A DNA stretch of 64,000 nucleotides, from positions 21,638,001 through 21,702,000 of the forward strand of contig OZ024746.1 in assembly GCA_964016885.1 (NCBI GenBank), in the 5' to 3' direction. The translations under genes and the position numbers were made by a program. The notes beneath the pieces are model-generated. The model was not told where the DNA came from and made no database searches. It saw nothing but the letters and a program-made list of their open reading frames with translations. The stretch is from Eledone cirrhosa. Its lineage: Eukaryota. Of the stretch, positions 63,265 through 64,000 are shown in pieces (position 1 is the stretch's first letter; every line of letters starts with the position of its first letter).

Positions 63265-63560
63265 ATTGGCAGTGAATTGACAGAGTCACTAGAACATCAG
63301 ATAGAATGCTTTGTGATATCCATTCCTGCTCTCTCAGGTCAACTTTGCCTTTCACCCATTCAAGGTCAATAAAAAAGTACTGGAGTCAATTCTTCCTTTA
63401 TATCTATTTCTCTCTTCCATTCTCTCACTCTCTATCCTTCTCTGGAAAAAATATTCTGTCTGTGTTCAAACCTGGAGAGAAGAATGGCTCTACCAGGCTT
63501 AAAATGCCCAAGAAATACTAGATGCCACTATGGCACCCTTAGACTCCCTCTGGAGTTACA
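63265..63560 (+). mobile_element. SINE family A head/core with alternative tail
   Basis: GGTCAACTTTGCCTTTCACCC..AGTACTGG; tail as 8888-9160. Confidence 0.65.
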
Positions 63561-63679
63561 GGACCAAACAACATCCGTCCATTACGATCACATCTTTTTC
63601 CTAGGTACAATGAACCCAGGACCAAATTAATCTTGTTTTCTAAGATGACAGGGCATGATAAGATGAAAACGTATCTCTT

Positions 63680-63860
63680 CATCATCGTTTTTACATCCTT
63701 TTTCCAATGCTTGCATGAGTTGGACAGGTCCTTTTCAGCACAGCATCACTCCACATATTACAATCCTTCATCATCTCCACTCTGAGTTTCAGAAATTTGA
63801 GATCTGCTCTCACGACCTCTGTCCAGGTCTTCCTTGGTCTTCTACTGTGGCTTCCTTCAC
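63680..63860 (-). mobile_element. RTE family 3 3' end
   Basis: Matches 14344-14540 (GTCCTTTTCAGCACAGC..TTTGAGATC.GCT). Confidence 0.7.
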
Positions 63861-64000
63861 TCATAAAATTTAATAGTTTCCTTTAACTATGTTCAGATAA
63901 TATATATATATATTATCAATTCCACACACTTTGGGAAGGGACTAGTTGATTATATGAACTCCCGTTCTTGACTGGTCCTTTTATCAACTCTTGATTGCTG

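Overview
AT-rich eukaryotic non-coding DNA, most likely an intron or intergenic region of a coleoid cephalopod (octopus-like). The organism call is inferred from the repeat families and the (TA)n/(CA)n/(ATC)n density, not proven. I find no intact host gene, rRNA, true tRNA or CRISPR array, and most ORFs in the track are microsatellite translations or shadow frames. The window is a patchwork of tRNA-derived SINEs (often in arrays), RTE, Tx1/L1, R4/Dong-type (RLE) and CRE LINE fragments, and piggyBac-, mariner-, pogo- and hAT-type MITEs. One 5'-truncated RTE (27790-30325) has an almost intact RT with a single nonsense codon and an inserted PHD finger. Three signals stand out. (1) Two copies of a ~0.95 kb fold-back element built from inverted Penelope pseudo-LTRs, with a GIY-YIG C-terminus, a hammerhead ribozyme, the ORF start and an identical inversion junction. 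(2) Several other palindromes and hammerhead-like remnants, including a perfect 558-bp hairpin. (3) SINE arrays punctuated by repeated locus-specific target-site copies. A few isolated candidate exons are listed at low confidence. Coordinates of degraded repeats are approximate.
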